From the NCBI GenBank assembly GCA_039588295.1, contig JBDHAB010000003.1, positions 64,001-128,000 of the forward strand: DNA of 64,000 nucleotides. Direction: 5' to 3'. Below, in pieces: positions 1 to 12,354 of the stretch. Below the pieces are notes generated by a model that searched no databases, was not told the DNA's origin, and saw only the letters and a list, made by a program, of their open reading frames with translations. The position numbers and the translations under genes are program-made. Each line of letters starts with the position of its first letter. Within the stretch, counting starts at the first letter, position 1. Origin of the DNA: Gemmatimonadota bacterium (GTDB taxonomy: Bacteria > Gemmatimonadota > Gemmatimonadetes > Gemmatimonadales > GWC2-71-9).

Positions 1-280
1 CGAAGCCGACCGGCGGGGCGTGTCCCTCCCGGGAGTGTTCGGTGTGTTCCTCTACCGGTCGGCTACGCCCGCGACGCTCGACAAGCTGCGGCAGTTCTTT
101 CCGGTACCGGTCGAGGGTGTGACCCGTGACTTCGAAACGGGCCTCACCGCCGAGGAGATCTGCGCCCGGACGATCAGGGGGCTCTGGGCTCTGGGCGTGA
201 CGAACGTGTATGTGAGCAACTTGGGATTCCGGCGTCCCGAGGCGCGCTACCGCAAGCTCCTGGCGGCGCTCGAGCGGTAA
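1..280 (+). CDS. Hypothetical protein, C-terminal fragment, possibly MTHFR/MetF-like fold
   Basis: Frame is open from the window edge (EADRRGVSLPGVFGVFLYRSA...VYVSNLG) to TAA at 278-280. It converges on yitJ. Fold call is by loose resemblance only. Confidence 0.6.
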   Translation, partial: EADRRGVSLPGVFGVFLYRSATPATLDKLRQFFPVPVEGVTRDFETGLTAEEICARTIRGLWALGVTNVYVSNLGFRRPEARYRKLLAALER

Positions 281-314
281 CACGACGCTCTTCGGGTGTG
301 GCGGCTGCAGGTCG

Positions 315-2153
315 CTACGCCTCCAACGCTCTGCGGGCGACGTCGACGCGACCCAATGGGGTACTCACGTGGATACCTCGCACCAGGGGTCGTACCCGCG
401 CGATGATCTCGCGGGCGATGGCCACGCCCTCGGCGGTCGCCGCCTCCGGACCTTGTTCTTGTGCGCGCCGCATCCGCGCAATCACCGCCGCGGGCACGTG
501 CTGTCCCGGTACCTCGTTGGCGAGAAACTCGGCGTTTCGGAGCGAAACCAGCGGCCAGATTCCGGCGATAATGGGGACACCGAATTCTTCGGCTTTCCCG
601 ATAAACCGCTCGAGTTGCCCCGCGTCGAACACGGGCTGCGTCACGGCGAACTCTGCACCGGCATCCACTTTCCAATAGAGACGGCGGAGTTCCCGCTCCT
701 GATCCACCGCCGTATGGTTGATCGCCACACCAATGACAAAGCGAGTGGGATCGCCGATGGGGTTGCCGCCTGGGTCCAGGCCGTGGTTGAGGCGGTGCAC
801 CACGTTCGTCAGTCCGATGCTGTCGATGTCGAACACCGCAGTGGCATCCGGATACGGTCCGAGGCGTGGCGGGTCGCCGGTCACGAGCAAGAGGTTTCGA
901 ATGCCAGCGGCGGCGGCCCCCAGCAGGTCACTGATCATGCCCAGCATGTTCCGATCGCGGCACGTGTAGTGGACCAGTGTCTCGATCCCAACCTCACGCT
1001 CGACGATGATGGCAGCGGGAATGGCCGCCATGCGGCTCTGCGCGCGTGGGCCGTCGAGCAGGCTCACACTGTCCACCCCGGCGGCCTGCAGTGCGCGACT
1101 CTGGTCGATGAGCAGGCTCGGTTGCCATCCCTTGGTCGGCACCAATTCGACATTGATCAAGAACTCACCGGCTGCAAGCTTCCTCCCCCAGTGCGATCGC
1201 TCCTCGAGGGGCAGCGGTTCGATTCCTGCCGGTGGATGGATCGCGTGTCGCGTAATGGTGCCGTGGCTGTGACGCGGCTGCATGGTGGCAACGAGGTCGC
1301 GGATCTTCTTGATGTGCTCGTGCGTGGTGCCACAGCATCCGCCCACGAACCTGGCTCCTGCGCGAATCATCCGCTGGGCGTAGTTGGCCATGTACTCCGG
1401 ACTGGACAGATAGATCTTCCTGTCGCCCACCAAGCGGGGGAGTCCGGCGTTGGGCTGGGCGATGAGCGGGAGTTGGGTGACCTCCGCCATGCGCTCGATG
1501 CCATCGAGCATCACGGCGGGGCCCACCGAGCAGTTCAGGCCAATGACGTCCGCGCCCCACTCGGTGAGGGCGGTCGCGATCTTCTCTACGTCGGTTCCGT
1601 ACGCGGTCTTGCCGCTCTCGTCGACGGTCATCTCCGCAATGACCGGCAAGTCGCTCAGTGCACGGACGGCGGTGTAAGCAGCATGAAGCTCGTCGAGGTC
1701 GCTGAACGTCTCGAGCATGAAGCCCTCGACACCGCCATCCAGTAGCCCTCGGATCTGGCGCTGAAAGAACTCCACCGCCTCCTCGCGGGCTGTGGGGCCG
1801 AACGGCTCGATGCGAATGCCGAGCGGGCCGACGCTCCCCACGACGTGCGCGCTATCTCCCGCAACGTCCCGCGCGATCCCCGCCGCAGCCCGGTTGATGT
1901 TCTCTGTCTGCTCGTCGAGCCCGAACGCGGACAGCTTCACTGGGTTTGCGCCGAAGGTGTTGGTCTCGATGATCTCCGCGCCCGCGCGGACGTACTCCTC
2001 GTGTACCTCTCGTACGAGCTCGGGGTGGGTGAGGCTGAGTTGGTCGTAGCAGACGTTGACGAACATACCTTTGCCGTACAACGCGGTACCCGTTGCGCCG
2101 TCGACAACGTGGACACGGTCGTCCTCGATCCGCTCGCGCAGCGTCCCCGTCAT
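315..2153 (-). CDS. yitJ: Bifunctional homocysteine S-methyltransferase / methylenetetrahydrofolate reductase
   Basis: 612 aa. N-terminal HMT domain ([21 protein letters not shown]). C-terminal MTHFR domain ([20 protein letters not shown]). ATGA overlap with the metH stop. Confidence 0.93.
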   Translation of the reverse strand: MTGTLRERIEDDRVHVVDGATGTALYGKGMFVNVCYDQLSLTHPELVREVHEEYVRAGAEIIETNTFGANPVKLSAFGLDEQTENINRAAAGIARDVAGDSAHVVGSVGPLGIRIEPFGPTAREEAVEFFQRQIRGLLDGGVEGFMLETFSDLDELHAAYTAVRALSDLPVIAEMTVDESGKTAYGTDVEKIATALTEWGADVIGLNCSVGPAVMLDGIERMAEVTQLPLIAQPNAGLPRLVGDRKIYLSSPEYMANYAQRMIRAGARFVGGCCGTTHEHIKKIRDLVATMQPRHSHGTITRHAIHPPAGIEPLPLEERSHWGRKLAAGEFLINVELVPTKGWQPSLLIDQSRALQAAGVDSVSLLDGPRAQSRMAAIPAAIIVEREVGIETLVHYTCRDRNMLGMISDLLGAAAAGIRNLLLVTGDPPRLGPYPDATAVFDIDSIGLTNVVHRLNHGLDPGGNPIGDPTRFVIGVAINHTAVDQERELRRLYWKVDAGAEFAVTQPVFDAGQLERFIGKAEEFGVPIIAGIWPLVSLRNAEFLANEVPGQHVPAAVIARMRRAQEQGPEAATAEGVAIAREIIARVRPLVRGIHVSTPLGRVDVARRALEA

Positions 2154-5100
2154 GCGACGCCGACCTCACGGACGGGGTCGTACGCGAGGTTCGGGGCGAG
2201 CCAGCGCTCGATTTCCGCCGGGTCCGCCTGTCGACGGCGCGCGTAATCCTCGATCTGGTCTCGACCTATCTTCCCAAGACCGAAATAGAACGCCTCCGGA
2301 TGCCCGATGTGCCAACCGCACACTGAGGCCGCAGGCTCCATCGCAAAGCTCTCGGTGAGTCTGATGTCGGTATGTTCCGTCACTCCGAGCAGCTCGAAGA
2401 GCGTGCCCTTTTCCGTGTGGTCGGGGCACGCCGGGTAGCCCGGTGCCGGACGGATCCCGGTGTACTTCTCACGAATCAGTTCCTGGCTTGTCAGGTGCTC
2501 GTCCTCACAGTAGCCCCAAAACTCGCGGCGGACCCGCTGGTGCACTCGCTCCGCGAGTGCTTCCGCTAGTCGATCCGCAAGGGCCTTCGCCAAGATGCTG
2601 TGATAGTCGTCATGGTCGCGCTCGAACTCGGCAACAAGCTTGTCGTTGCCGACACCCGCGGTCACGGCAAATACGCCCATGTAGTCGTCGATGCCGCTCT
2701 CCTTCGGAGCCACGAAGTCGGCGAGGCAGAGATTCGGTCTGCCGGGCGGTTTCTCCATCTGCTGACGCAGCATGTGTAGCACCGCACGAACGTCCGAGCG
2801 ATCGTGGTCCGCATAAATCTCGATGTCGTCGCCGATGCTGTTGGCAGGAAACAGGCCAATCACGGCCTGTGCGGTGAGAAGCCGTTCGGCAACCATCCGC
2901 TCCAAGAGACGTTGTCCGTCGTGCAGCAGGCTGCGTGCCTGCTCGCCGATGATCGCGTTGTCGAGGATCGCCGGATACGAACCCCGTAGCTCCCACGCGG
3001 CAAAAAATGGTGTCCAGTCGATGTATTCCAGCAGCTCGTCGAGCGGATAGTCTTGGAGCACGTGGATGCCTGGCTCCCTGGGCACACGGGGAACGTACGA
3101 CTGCCAGGAAACGGCAAATCGCCGTTGCCGCGCTTGCTCGAGTGTGAGAAGCCTCGACGCCGCCGTGCGATCGGCGTGGGAAGCGCGGACGGTGGCGTAT
3201 TCCGCCTGCACATCTCCCAGAAACGCGGTGCGTCTCTCAGAGCTCATGAGATTGCTCAGGACGGTGACGCTGCGGGAAGCGTCGGGCACGTGAACGGTTG
3301 CACCGTGATACTCCGGCGCGATCTTCACCGCTGTGTGCACCTTCGAAGTTGTCGCACCGCCTATCAGAAGTGGAACGCCGAAGCCCTCGCGCTCGAGTTC
3401 CTTGGCGACGTGAACCATCTGGTCCAGCGATGGTGTGATGAGGCCGCTCAGCCCAATCACATCGGCGTCGATCTCACGTGCCGTCTCGAGAATTCGCGCC
3501 GCCGGGACCATGACTCCGAGATCTATGACCTCGTAGTTGTTACACTGGAGCACGACTCCCACGATGTTCTTGCCGATGTCGTGAACGTCACCTTTCACGG
3601 TGGCGAGCACGACACGTCCCTTGGTGCGGGCAGTGCTCCCTGCGGCAGCGTCCTCGCGCTCGACGAATGGCACGAGATAGGCGACAGCTTTCTTCATGAC
3701 CCGCGCGCTCTTCACCACCTGTGGCAGGAACATGCGACCACTGCCGAACAGGTCCCCGACGACGTTCATGCCGTCCATCAATGGTCCCTCAATCACCTCG
3801 ATGGCCCGGTCGTAGCGCTGCCTCGCCTCCTCGGTATCCTCCTCGACGTAGTCCTGGATTCCCTCAACCAGGGCGTGAATCAGCCGCTGCTGAACCGGTT
3901 GATGTCGCCACTCGACATCTTCGGTGCGCTGCCGCTTCTGTCCCCGCACGTCGGCGGCCATCCCGAGGAGGCGCTCAGTCGCATCCGGCCTCCGGTTGAA
4001 CAGCACGTCCTCGATGGCTTCGCGCAGCTCCGCTGGGATATCGTCGTACACGGGCAAGGCGCCGGCATTCACGATCCCCATGTCCATTCCCGCTCGGACC
4101 GCATGGTACAGAAACGCTGCGTGCATGGCTTCCCGCAAAGCGTTGTTGCCGCGGAACGAGAAGGAGAGGTTGCTCACTCCGCCGCTCACGAGGCAGTGTG
4201 GCAGTGATTCCTTGATGATTTGGCAAGCCCGCAGATACGCCTTCGCGTACTCGTTGTGCTCCTCGATGCCGGTGGCAACGGCAAAGACGTTGGGATCGAA
4301 AATGATGTCCTGCGCTGGGAAACCGGCGTTCTCGGTCAAGAGACGGTATGCACGGCTACAGATTTCGATCTTGCGATCGGCGGTGTCCGCCTGTCCCTCC
4401 TCGTCGAATGCCATGACGATGGCGGCCGCGCCATACTGCCTGACCTTGCGCGCTTGGGATAGGAACGCCTCTTCGCCCTCCTTCAGGCTGATCGAGTTCA
4501 CCACACCCTTGCCCTGAAGGCATTGGAGGCCGCCTTCGATTACTTCCCACTTCGAGGAATCGAGGACGATCGGGACGCGAGCGATGTCGGGCTCTGCTGC
4601 GACGAGGCTGACAAAACGCACCATGGCGTCTTGTGAGTCGAGCAGCCCCTCGTCCATGTTGATGTCGATCATCTGCGCGCCGTTGGCGACTTGATCCCGG
4701 GCGACGTCCAGGGCTGTTTCGTAATCGCCGTCCCGGATGAGACCGGCAAATCGCGACGACCCGGTGACGTTGGTCCGTTCCCCGATGTTGACGAATAACG
4801 TGTCGGGTCGGACCACGAGCGGCTCGAGACCGGAGAGACGGAGATATGGCTCGATGTCGGGGATGGCTCGTGGTGCGAGTCCGGCGATGGCATCCGCAAT
4901 CGCCGCGATATGCGTTGGCGTTGTACCGCAGCAGCCGCCCACGAGGTTCACGAGACCGCTGCTCGCGAATTCGCCGAGCAGGGCGGCCATCTCCTCAGGG
5001 GACTGATCGTATCCGCCGAACTCGTTCGGCAAGCCGGCATTCGGGTGGCAGCTGACGAACGTATTGGCGACGCCAGACAGCTCCTCGAGGTGCGGGCGCA

Positions 5101-5866
5101 GGTCCTTGGCGCCTAAGGCGCAGTTGAGCCCCACGCTGAAGAGGTCTCCGTGGCAGACCGAGATCCAGAACGCCTCGGGCGTCTGCCCCGACAGTGTTCG
5201 TCCGGACCGGTCTGTGATGGTGCCCGACACCATCACGGGCACCTCCGACCCCCGCGCGGCGAAGAGCTGCCGCAGTGCGAAGAGGGCGGCTTTCCCGTTC
5301 AGCGTGTCGAACACCGTCTCGATCATCAACAGATCGACGCCGCCGTCCACCAGAGCCGCCGCTTGCTCCTCGTAGATGGCGGCGAGTCGATCGAACGTCA
5401 CGTTGCGAGCGCCCGGGTTGTTCACATCCGGTGAGATCGACGCGGTTCGGTTGGTGGGTCCCAGTACGCCAACGACGAGGCGCGGTCGTTCCGGGGTCCG
5501 TTTGCTGTGGTCGTCCGCCGCTCGTCGAGCGATTTGTGCTGCGGCGAGGTTCATGTCTGGGACAGCGGATTCGAGTTGATAATCCGCCTGTGAGATGGCG
5601 TTTGCGTTGAACGTGTTCGTTTCGATGAGATCCGCGCCCGCGTCGAGATAGGCGTGATGAATCGCCTCAACGACATCTGGGCGGGTCAGACTCAACGCGT
5701 CGTTGTTCCCCTGGAGCGGGGTCGAGTGCCGGGCGAAGCGGTCACCACGAAAATCCCCCTCCTCGAGCGCGTAGGACTGGATCATGGTCCCCATCGCACC
5801 ATCGAGGACGAGAATTCGATCTCGGGCGAGCTGTGTGAGTCGCTCGTGGCGCGGCGTCTCGGCCAT
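2150..5866 (-). CDS. metH: Cobalamin-dependent methionine synthase
   Basis: 1238 aa with [25 protein letters not shown]12-binding GDVHDIGKN and SGLITPSL, and [12 protein letters not shown] in the AdoMet domain. Confidence 0.98.
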   Translation of the reverse strand: MAETPRHERLTQLARDRILVLDGAMGTMIQSYALEEGDFRGDRFARHSTPLQGNNDALSLTRPDVVEAIHHAYLDAGADLIETNTFNANAISQADYQLESAVPDMNLAAAQIARRAADDHSKRTPERPRLVVGVLGPTNRTASISPDVNNPGARNVTFDRLAAIYEEQAAALVDGGVDLLMIETVFDTLNGKAALFALRQLFAARGSEVPVMVSGTITDRSGRTLSGQTPEAFWISVCHGDLFSVGLNCALGAKDLRPHLEELSGVANTFVSCHPNAGLPNEFGGYDQSPEEMAALLGEFASSGLVNLVGGCCGTTPTHIAAIADAIAGLAPRAIPDIEPYLRLSGLEPLVVRPDTLFVNIGERTNVTGSSRFAGLIRDGDYETALDVARDQVANGAQMIDINMDEGLLDSQDAMVRFVSLVAAEPDIARVPIVLDSSKWEVIEGGLQCLQGKGVVNSISLKEGEEAFLSQARKVRQYGAAAIVMAFDEEGQADTADRKIEICSRAYRLLTENAGFPAQDIIFDPNVFAVATGIEEHNEYAKAYLRACQIIKESLPHCLVSGGVSNLSFSFRGNNALREAMHAAFLYHAVRAGMDMGIVNAGALPVYDDIPAELREAIEDVLFNRRPDATERLLGMAADVRGQKRQRTEDVEWRHQPVQQRLIHALVEGIQDYVEEDTEEARQRYDRAIEVIEGPLMDGMNVVGDLFGSGRMFLPQVVKSARVMKKAVAYLVPFVEREDAAAGSTARTKGRVVLATVKGDVHDIGKNIVGVVLQCNNYEVIDLGVMVPAARILETAREIDADVIGLSGLITPSLDQMVHVAKELEREGFGVPLLIGGATTSKVHTAVKIAPEYHGATVHVPDASRSVTVLSNLMSSERRTAFLGDVQAEYATVRASHADRTAASRLLTLEQARQRRFAVSWQSYVPRVPREPGIHVLQDYPLDELLEYIDWTPFFAAWELRGSYPAILDNAIIGEQARSLLHDGQRLLERMVAERLLTAQAVIGLFPANSIGDDIEIYADHDRSDVRAVLHMLRQQMEKPPGRPNLCLADFVAPKESGIDDYMGVFAVTAGVGNDKLVAEFERDHDDYHSILAKALADRLAEALAERVHQRVRREFWGYCEDEHLTSQELIREKYTGIRPAPGYPACPDHTEKGTLFELLGVTEHTDIRLTESFAMEPAASVCGWHIGHPEAFYFGLGKIGRDQIEDYARRRQADPAEIERWLAPNLAYDPVREVGVA

Positions 5867-5895
5867 CCAACGTCCTTTCCGCCCAAATGCGACCG

Positions 5896-5932
5896 AAAAA
5901 AAGTCCCTCGTCGCTAAAGGAGCGCCGAGGGC
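5896..5932 (-). terminator. Intrinsic terminator forming the riboswitch expression platform in the metH leader
   Basis: Minus strand GCCCTCGGCGCT-CCTTT-AGCGACGAGGGAC-TTTTTTT: GC-rich stem followed by a U7 tract, about 30 nt before the metH ATG. Confidence 0.85.
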
Positions 5933-5935
5933 GAG

Positions 5936-5985
5936 CTTTTTAGCGACTTATTTAACGTGGCTGCAATACGCGCAAATCACCACGG
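5936..5985 (-). ncRNA. SAM-II (SAM-alpha type) riboswitch aptamer
   Basis: Minus strand CCGTGGTGATTTGCGCGTATTGCAGCCACGTTAAATAAGTCGCTAAAAA. It has P1 CGTGG/CCACG and the SAM-II hallmarks UGAUUU, UUGCA and GCUAAA, and lies upstream of methionine genes. Confidence 0.9.
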
Positions 5986-6116
5986 AATGCAATTGTCGTC
6001 CCCTAATCTAGCGACCTACGCACGTTTGCGCCATGCCCGCAGATGCACGATACTGTTGGCGCGAGAACGAGAAGTCGGACTCCTAAACCGTTGGTGGGTG
6101 AGCGCTGGAGGGACGC

Positions 6117-7547
<1,431 letters not shown>

Positions 7548-7578
7548 GGATCCGTGTAGTCCGAGGCTGAGCCTGGCC

Positions 7579-8583
7579 GTGTCAGAAATCCGTCGGGATC
7601 CGACCACGGGCGAATGGGTGATCCTCGCCGCGGGGCGGGCGGAACGGCCCGGCGGTACGCGGCTGCCAGGACGCCGATCCGCGAAAGCAGGACGCGACCC
7701 GGACTGCCCCTTCTGTCTCGGAAACGAGGACCAGACGCCGCCCGAGATCCTTCGCCGTTCGGCACGCGGCGACTGGGTCGTTCGGATCGTGCCAAACAAG
7801 TATCCAGCACTGGTCGCCGAAGTATCACATCACGTCTTGCCGAACTCGGACTTCGAGACGTTGGTGGAAGCACACGGTCACTATGAGGTGATCATCGAAG
7901 GTTCGACTCACCGTCTGGGACTGGTACCACCGGAGTCCGGGGTGTTGTTCGAGTGCTTCTTGGCCGCACGCGACCGCTACCGCGTGTTCGTCAATAACTC
8001 AGCGCTCAAAGCGTCTCTCCTGTTCAAGAACCACGGGCGAGGCGCAGGGGCGTCCTTGGCACACCCTCACTGGCAACTGGCCGCACTGCCGACGGAACCG
8101 GCGACACTCACTCGCATGATGGGTGTGGCACGGGCCCACTGGGAGCGCTCCGGGACGTCGCTGTACGATGATCTCGTCCGGCACGAGGTAGCCGGCGGAG
8201 ACCGCGTCGTCGAGGAGGTGGATGAGTTCGTCGTGATGACGCCCTACGCACCGCAGTGGGCCGGGGAAACGTGGATCATTCCCCGTGATGGTGTATCCGG
8301 CTTCGCCGACGTCGGTGAGACCATGCTGCAGAGATTCTCCAGCGTCCTGCGGCGGACCTTCGGGCGTCTCAGCGCGGTTTTCGACGAGCCCGATCTCAAC
8401 GTACTCCTACTCTCGGCGCCGTTTCGCCCTGCAAACGTGCCCTACTTCCAGTGGCACGCCCGGCTCCAACCCCGTCTCACCACGCCGGGCGGTTTCGAGC
8501 TGGCGTCGGGAATGATGATTACGACCGTCGGGCCTGAGCAATCGGCAGCGTCACTGCGCGCGGTCGAGTCTGCGTCAGGCTAG
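7579..8583 (+). CDS. galT: Galactose-1-phosphate uridylyltransferase family (GalT-like HIT nucleotidyltransferase)
   Basis: SEIRRDPTTGEWVI, CPFC, VPNKYPAL, GAGASLAHPHWQ (HxHxQ motif), GGFELASG. Start moved to GTG 7579. Confidence 0.85.
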   Translation: MSEIRRDPTTGEWVILAAGRAERPGGTRLPGRRSAKAGRDPDCPFCLGNEDQTPPEILRRSARGDWVVRIVPNKYPALVAEVSHHVLPNSDFETLVEAHGHYEVIIEGSTHRLGLVPPESGVLFECFLAARDRYRVFVNNSALKASLLFKNHGRGAGASLAHPHWQLAALPTEPATLTRMMGVARAHWERSGTSLYDDLVRHEVAGGDRVVEEVDEFVVMTPYAPQWAGETWIIPRDGVSGFADVGETMLQRFSSVLRRTFGRLSAVFDEPDLNVLLLSAPFRPANVPYFQWHARLQPRLTTPGGFELASGMMITTVGPEQSAASLRAVESASG

Positions 8584-8892
8584 TCCCAGTCGTCGAAGTG
8601 CAGCGTGGCGGGTGATACCGAGGACGGCGATTCGCTTTCGTCGACTGGTTGTGCCGGCTTCCAACCGCACGTCCGCTCTTGCGACTCCGAGGGCCTCCGC
8701 AAAGAAATCGACGAGCAGTGTGTTCGCCGCGCCGTCGACCGGTGGCGCGGCAACTCGGACCTTGATGGCATCCCCGTGCCAGCCGACGACTTCGGTGCGC
8801 TTGGCCCGTGGTTGCACGTGGAGGTGGAAGATCGTACGGTCGGGCGGCACTCCATGGACCGGTTCCCGTTCGAGGTCGCGTCCCCTGCGCAT
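8575..8892 (-). CDS. yggU: DUF167 / YggU family protein
   Basis: VQPRAKRTEVVG...KVRVAAPPVDGAAN...GTTSRRK. ATG 8892 overlaps the yggT stop (TAATG). Confidence 0.88.
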   Translation of the reverse strand: MRRGRDLEREPVHGVPPDRTIFHLHVQPRAKRTEVVGWHGDAIKVRVAAPPVDGAANTLLVDFFAEALGVARADVRLEAGTTSRRKRIAVLGITRHAALRRLGLA

Positions 8893-9458
8893 TACAGGAT
8901 CGAGAGTATCAAGCCGCGCAGTAGCAGGACGAGAAACCAGGCAATAATGGGCGTGATGTCGATCATGCCGAGCGGCGGCACGACTTTGCGCAGCGGTTCG
9001 ACCAGCCAATCGGTCAACACGTACGCGGGTCGCATCCACGCGTTGTATCTGCCGACACCGAACCACGAGCCGATCACCCGGACGATCAGGGCCAGCAGCA
9101 GAACCTGACTGCCGTAGTACACCAGTAGACTGAGGAGGCCGCGGGGGCCCGAAGCGAGGAGTCGTCTGCTCCGGGTGAGTGCCGTCGCGAACCACTGGGC
9201 AGTAGTGATGAGGATGATTCCCCCGCCGAGGCTGATCCCCAACAACCAGAGACCCGCATGCTGAGGGTTCCCACCACGCCGAAGGAGCCAACGCTCGATC
9301 GGAGCAAGCACCGGGTCGGTCGTCTTGCGAATCAACTGACCTGCCGAGCCAAACGGGTTGATGCGCCGCGACCGGATCGCCCAGGATCCCAGCGCCACGG
9401 CGGTGCACGAGACGAAGATCGCGAAGATCATGAACCGGAGAACTACGAGAACGATCAT
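8892..9458 (-). CDS. yggT: YggT family membrane protein (two YGGT repeats)
   Basis: TDPVLAPI and LTDWLVEPLRKVVPPLGMIDITPI repeats with hydrophobic helices. ATGA overlap with otsB. Confidence 0.85.
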   Translation of the reverse strand: MIVLVVLRFMIFAIFVSCTAVALGSWAIRSRRINPFGSAGQLIRKTTDPVLAPIERWLLRRGGNPQHAGLWLLGISLGGGIILITTAQWFATALTRSRRLLASGPRGLLSLLVYYGSQVLLLALIVRVIGSWFGVGRYNAWMRPAYVLTDWLVEPLRKVVPPLGMIDITPIIAWFLVLLLRGLILSIL

Positions 9459-10294
9459 TGCCGTCCCTCGAGCAGACGGACGAGAAAGCTCAGGAAATGC
9501 CGGACTTCGTCGGTATCCCGCAGCAGGAACTTTGCGTGTGTGCGCACCTCCGCCACGTTGCACACGAGAAACGAGAGCCCGTTCGGCTCGAGGGCCACAA
9601 AGGCATCTTCGTCGGTGAGGTCATCTCCGATGAACATGGGCAGCACCGCGGCATGGTGCAGTCCCAGCGTGCGCAGTAGCCAGCGCACGGCGGTGCCCTT
9701 GTCCCATTCGATGTCCGGTCGAAGTTCGACAACCTTCTTACCGCGCGTGATGCGGAGCCCTGGGTGTTGGCCGGCCACGTGTTGTACGCCTGCCCGAACT
9801 GCGTCGAGGTCTCGGTCAGCAACGAGCCGAAAATGAGTGGCGACCGCAAAGCCCTTGCGCTCGATCAGCACTCCCTCGATGGCGCCGATCCGCGCATCGA
9901 GTTCCTCCGCTGCGCGCGCAAGGAGCGGCAGGTATTGCGGTCCCGACGCGTGCTGCATCGCGAGACCGTCCGGTCCGCGAATGTCAAAGCCGTGGCTCCC
10001 AGCGTACACCAACGTGTCTAACGACACCAGCTTCTGCACATCCACCAGGTCTCTTCCGCTCACGATGGCAACCACACTCAACTGCGCAAGACGCCGAAGT
10101 GTCTCGCGGCTCTTCTCCGACAGCTGGGCCAGGTCCGGACGCGAGACGATGGGGGTAAGGGTGCCATCGTAATCCACAAACACGGCAGGCTGCTTCCCCT
10201 GGAGCTGCCGTTCAATCTCGGACAGGTGCTCGAGCGCGAGCGGTGGAGCGCTGCGGTGGTCAGTTGTCCTGCTGGAAACCGATCGAGCGTTCAC
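9455..10294 (-). CDS. otsB: Trehalose-6-phosphate phosphatase
   Basis: HAD motifs DYDGTLTPIV, IVSGRD, AGSHGFDI, WDKGTAV, IGDDLTDEDAF. Start uncertain; GTG 10294 chosen. Confidence 0.9.
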   Translation of the reverse strand: MNARSVSSRTTDHRSAPPLALEHLSEIERQLQGKQPAVFVDYDGTLTPIVSRPDLAQLSEKSRETLRRLAQLSVVAIVSGRDLVDVQKLVSLDTLVYAGSHGFDIRGPDGLAMQHASGPQYLPLLARAAEELDARIGAIEGVLIERKGFAVATHFRLVADRDLDAVRAGVQHVAGQHPGLRITRGKKVVELRPDIEWDKGTAVRWLLRTLGLHHAAVLPMFIGDDLTDEDAFVALEPNGLSFLVCNVAEVRTHAKFLLRDTDEVRHFLSFLVRLLEGRQ

Positions 10295-10545
10295 GTAGTA
10301 CCCCACAGAGATCCCTGTCGGTTGGACATTACCGCGTTGTTGTGCAAGGTCTGCGCTGCTTCGAGCTCCGTCAAGTCGCTCACCTCGTCGCTCGGTATGC
10401 CACATCGAGCTGGAAGAGAGCGTCGCCCGCCCGATGGTATATTTAAGGGTGATGCAGCCCATCCGCGACGCTCTCTTTGTGGACCGCTTGACCGCTTTCG
10501 TCGCCGGCTTGCCGCGCAAGCTGGCCCCTCGTTCCTGAGGAACGG

Positions 10546-12354
10546 GTGCCAGCTGGGATTCTCGGTATACCACAGCGGCTCGGGCGCTGGATACGATTTG
10601 CGCTTCGACCTCCTGCCGTTTCGCTGGTCCATCACCCGGACTACATCAAGGGAGCGGTTCCCGGCCTCATGGACCCGTCCAGGCCGGACAAGGTCATGGC
10701 GTTCCTGATGGATGAGGGGCTGGCGCGCCGTCACGACGTGAGTCGACCGCTGGCTGCGTCTCTGGAGAACATCCTGCGCGTTCACAGCACGGCCTACGTC
10801 GAGTCGTTGGCGGATCCCACGGTGGTGGGTGACATCATGGGTCTGGAACTGGGTTTGCGCGACGCACAAGCCGTCCTGGATGTGGCCCGCCTGATGGTGG
10901 GGGGAACGATCCAAGCGACCCGGCTGGCGCTGCGGACCGGCAAGACAGCGGTGCACCTTGGCGGTGGCTTGCACCACGCGATGCCCGACGAGGGGATGGG
11001 CTTCTGTGTCTTCAACGACGTCGCCGTGGCCATCGCGCGGTTGCGGGCTCGGGGGTTTGCCGAGCCGGTCTTGGTCGTCGATCTCGACATCCACGACGGA
11101 AACGGAACCCGGGCCGCCTTCGCGCATGACCCCACCGTGTACACCTTCTCGATCCACAACACGCCGTGGGACGAGGCCGAGGCGGTGGCCTCGACGAGCC
11201 TTGCGCTGGGCTCGGACGTGACGGACGGAGTCTTCCTCGACGCGCTCACGGAGACCCTCCCCCCCGTAGTGGCACAGCACCGGCCGGGACTGGTGGTGTA
11301 CGTGGCAGGCGTCGACGGTGCCGCCAGTGACGCACTCGGCGACTGGAAGTTGAGCACCGACGGGCTTCTGGCCCGGGATCGATTCGTGGTCTAGACGGTC
11401 AGGAAAGACGACGCATCCGTACCGATCGTGGCGGTGCTCGCCGGAGGGTACGGTCAATCGGCGTGGCGCTACACCGCCCGGTTCGTCGCGTGGCTCATAA
11501 CAGGGCAGGCGGTCGAGCCACCGGACGCGGCGGAGATCATCGTGAGACGGTTCCGCGAGCTGTCGCGGCAATGGCAGATCGAGGAGACGATGGAGCGGGA
11601 TGAGTCCGACTGGGGACTCACGGCCGACGATCTTCTCGGGCTCGTGACGCGGGAGGACACCCGGTTTCTGGGTCGGTTCTCGCGTCATGCCGTCGAGCTC
11701 CAACTCGAGCAGCTTGGTGTTCTCGACAACATGCGCAGGCGTGGATTTGACGAACTGCGGCTTTCCCTCGACGCGCCCAAAGGTCTTGGGCAGGTGCTCC
11801 GCATCCATGGTGCGCCCGACGAGCGCGGCCTCCTCATGGAGCTCAAGGCGAGCCGGAGTCGCAGTATCGTTCCCGGGTTCGAGGTCATTGAGATTGAATG
11901 GCTTCTCTTGCAGAACCCGCGGGCGTCGTTTTCCGATCGACGGCCGCAGCTCCCCGGTCAATCGCATCCCGGACTCGGCATGCTGCGAGACATGGCGGCC
12001 TGGCTGATCGTGGTGAGTGAGAAGATGCGCCTCGACGGAATCGCGTTTGTGCCGTCGCAGTTTTACATGGCGGCGGTGGGTCGGCGGCATCTCAAGTTTG
12101 TCTCGCCTGAGGCGCAGGGTCGGTATGAGGCGATTCGGGAGGTTCTCAAAGACCTGAGCTTGGGGAGCGCCAATCGAGCGTTGATCGAAGGAGTGGTGGT
12201 GGACGGGGAGTCGGGGCGTCCGGTGTCGTGGGAGCCCGTGCCGATGGTGCTTCCCGTGAGCTCCCGCCTCCGTGCCGAGATTTCGTCAACGCGCTACCGA
12301 GAACGTGCGGCGAGTACTCGTGCCTCGTTGCAGTTTCGACGTCGGGAGACCTAG
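10546..12354 (+). pseudogene. Histone deacetylase family protein with C-terminal extension, interrupted by an in-frame TAG at 11392-11394 (nonsense allele, base error or readthrough)
   Basis: ORFs 10546..11394 and 11428..12354 are in the same frame. GGGLHHA, GFCVFND, DLDIHDGNGT and AGVD precede the stop; the HDAC GGY motif follows it (RDRFVV*TVRKDDASVPIVAVLAGGY). Confidence 0.8.

Noticed and set aside
5870..6110. Cobalamin or SAM-I riboswitch upstream of metH
   Set aside because: No B12-box or SAM-I core is visible; the sequence fits SAM-II.
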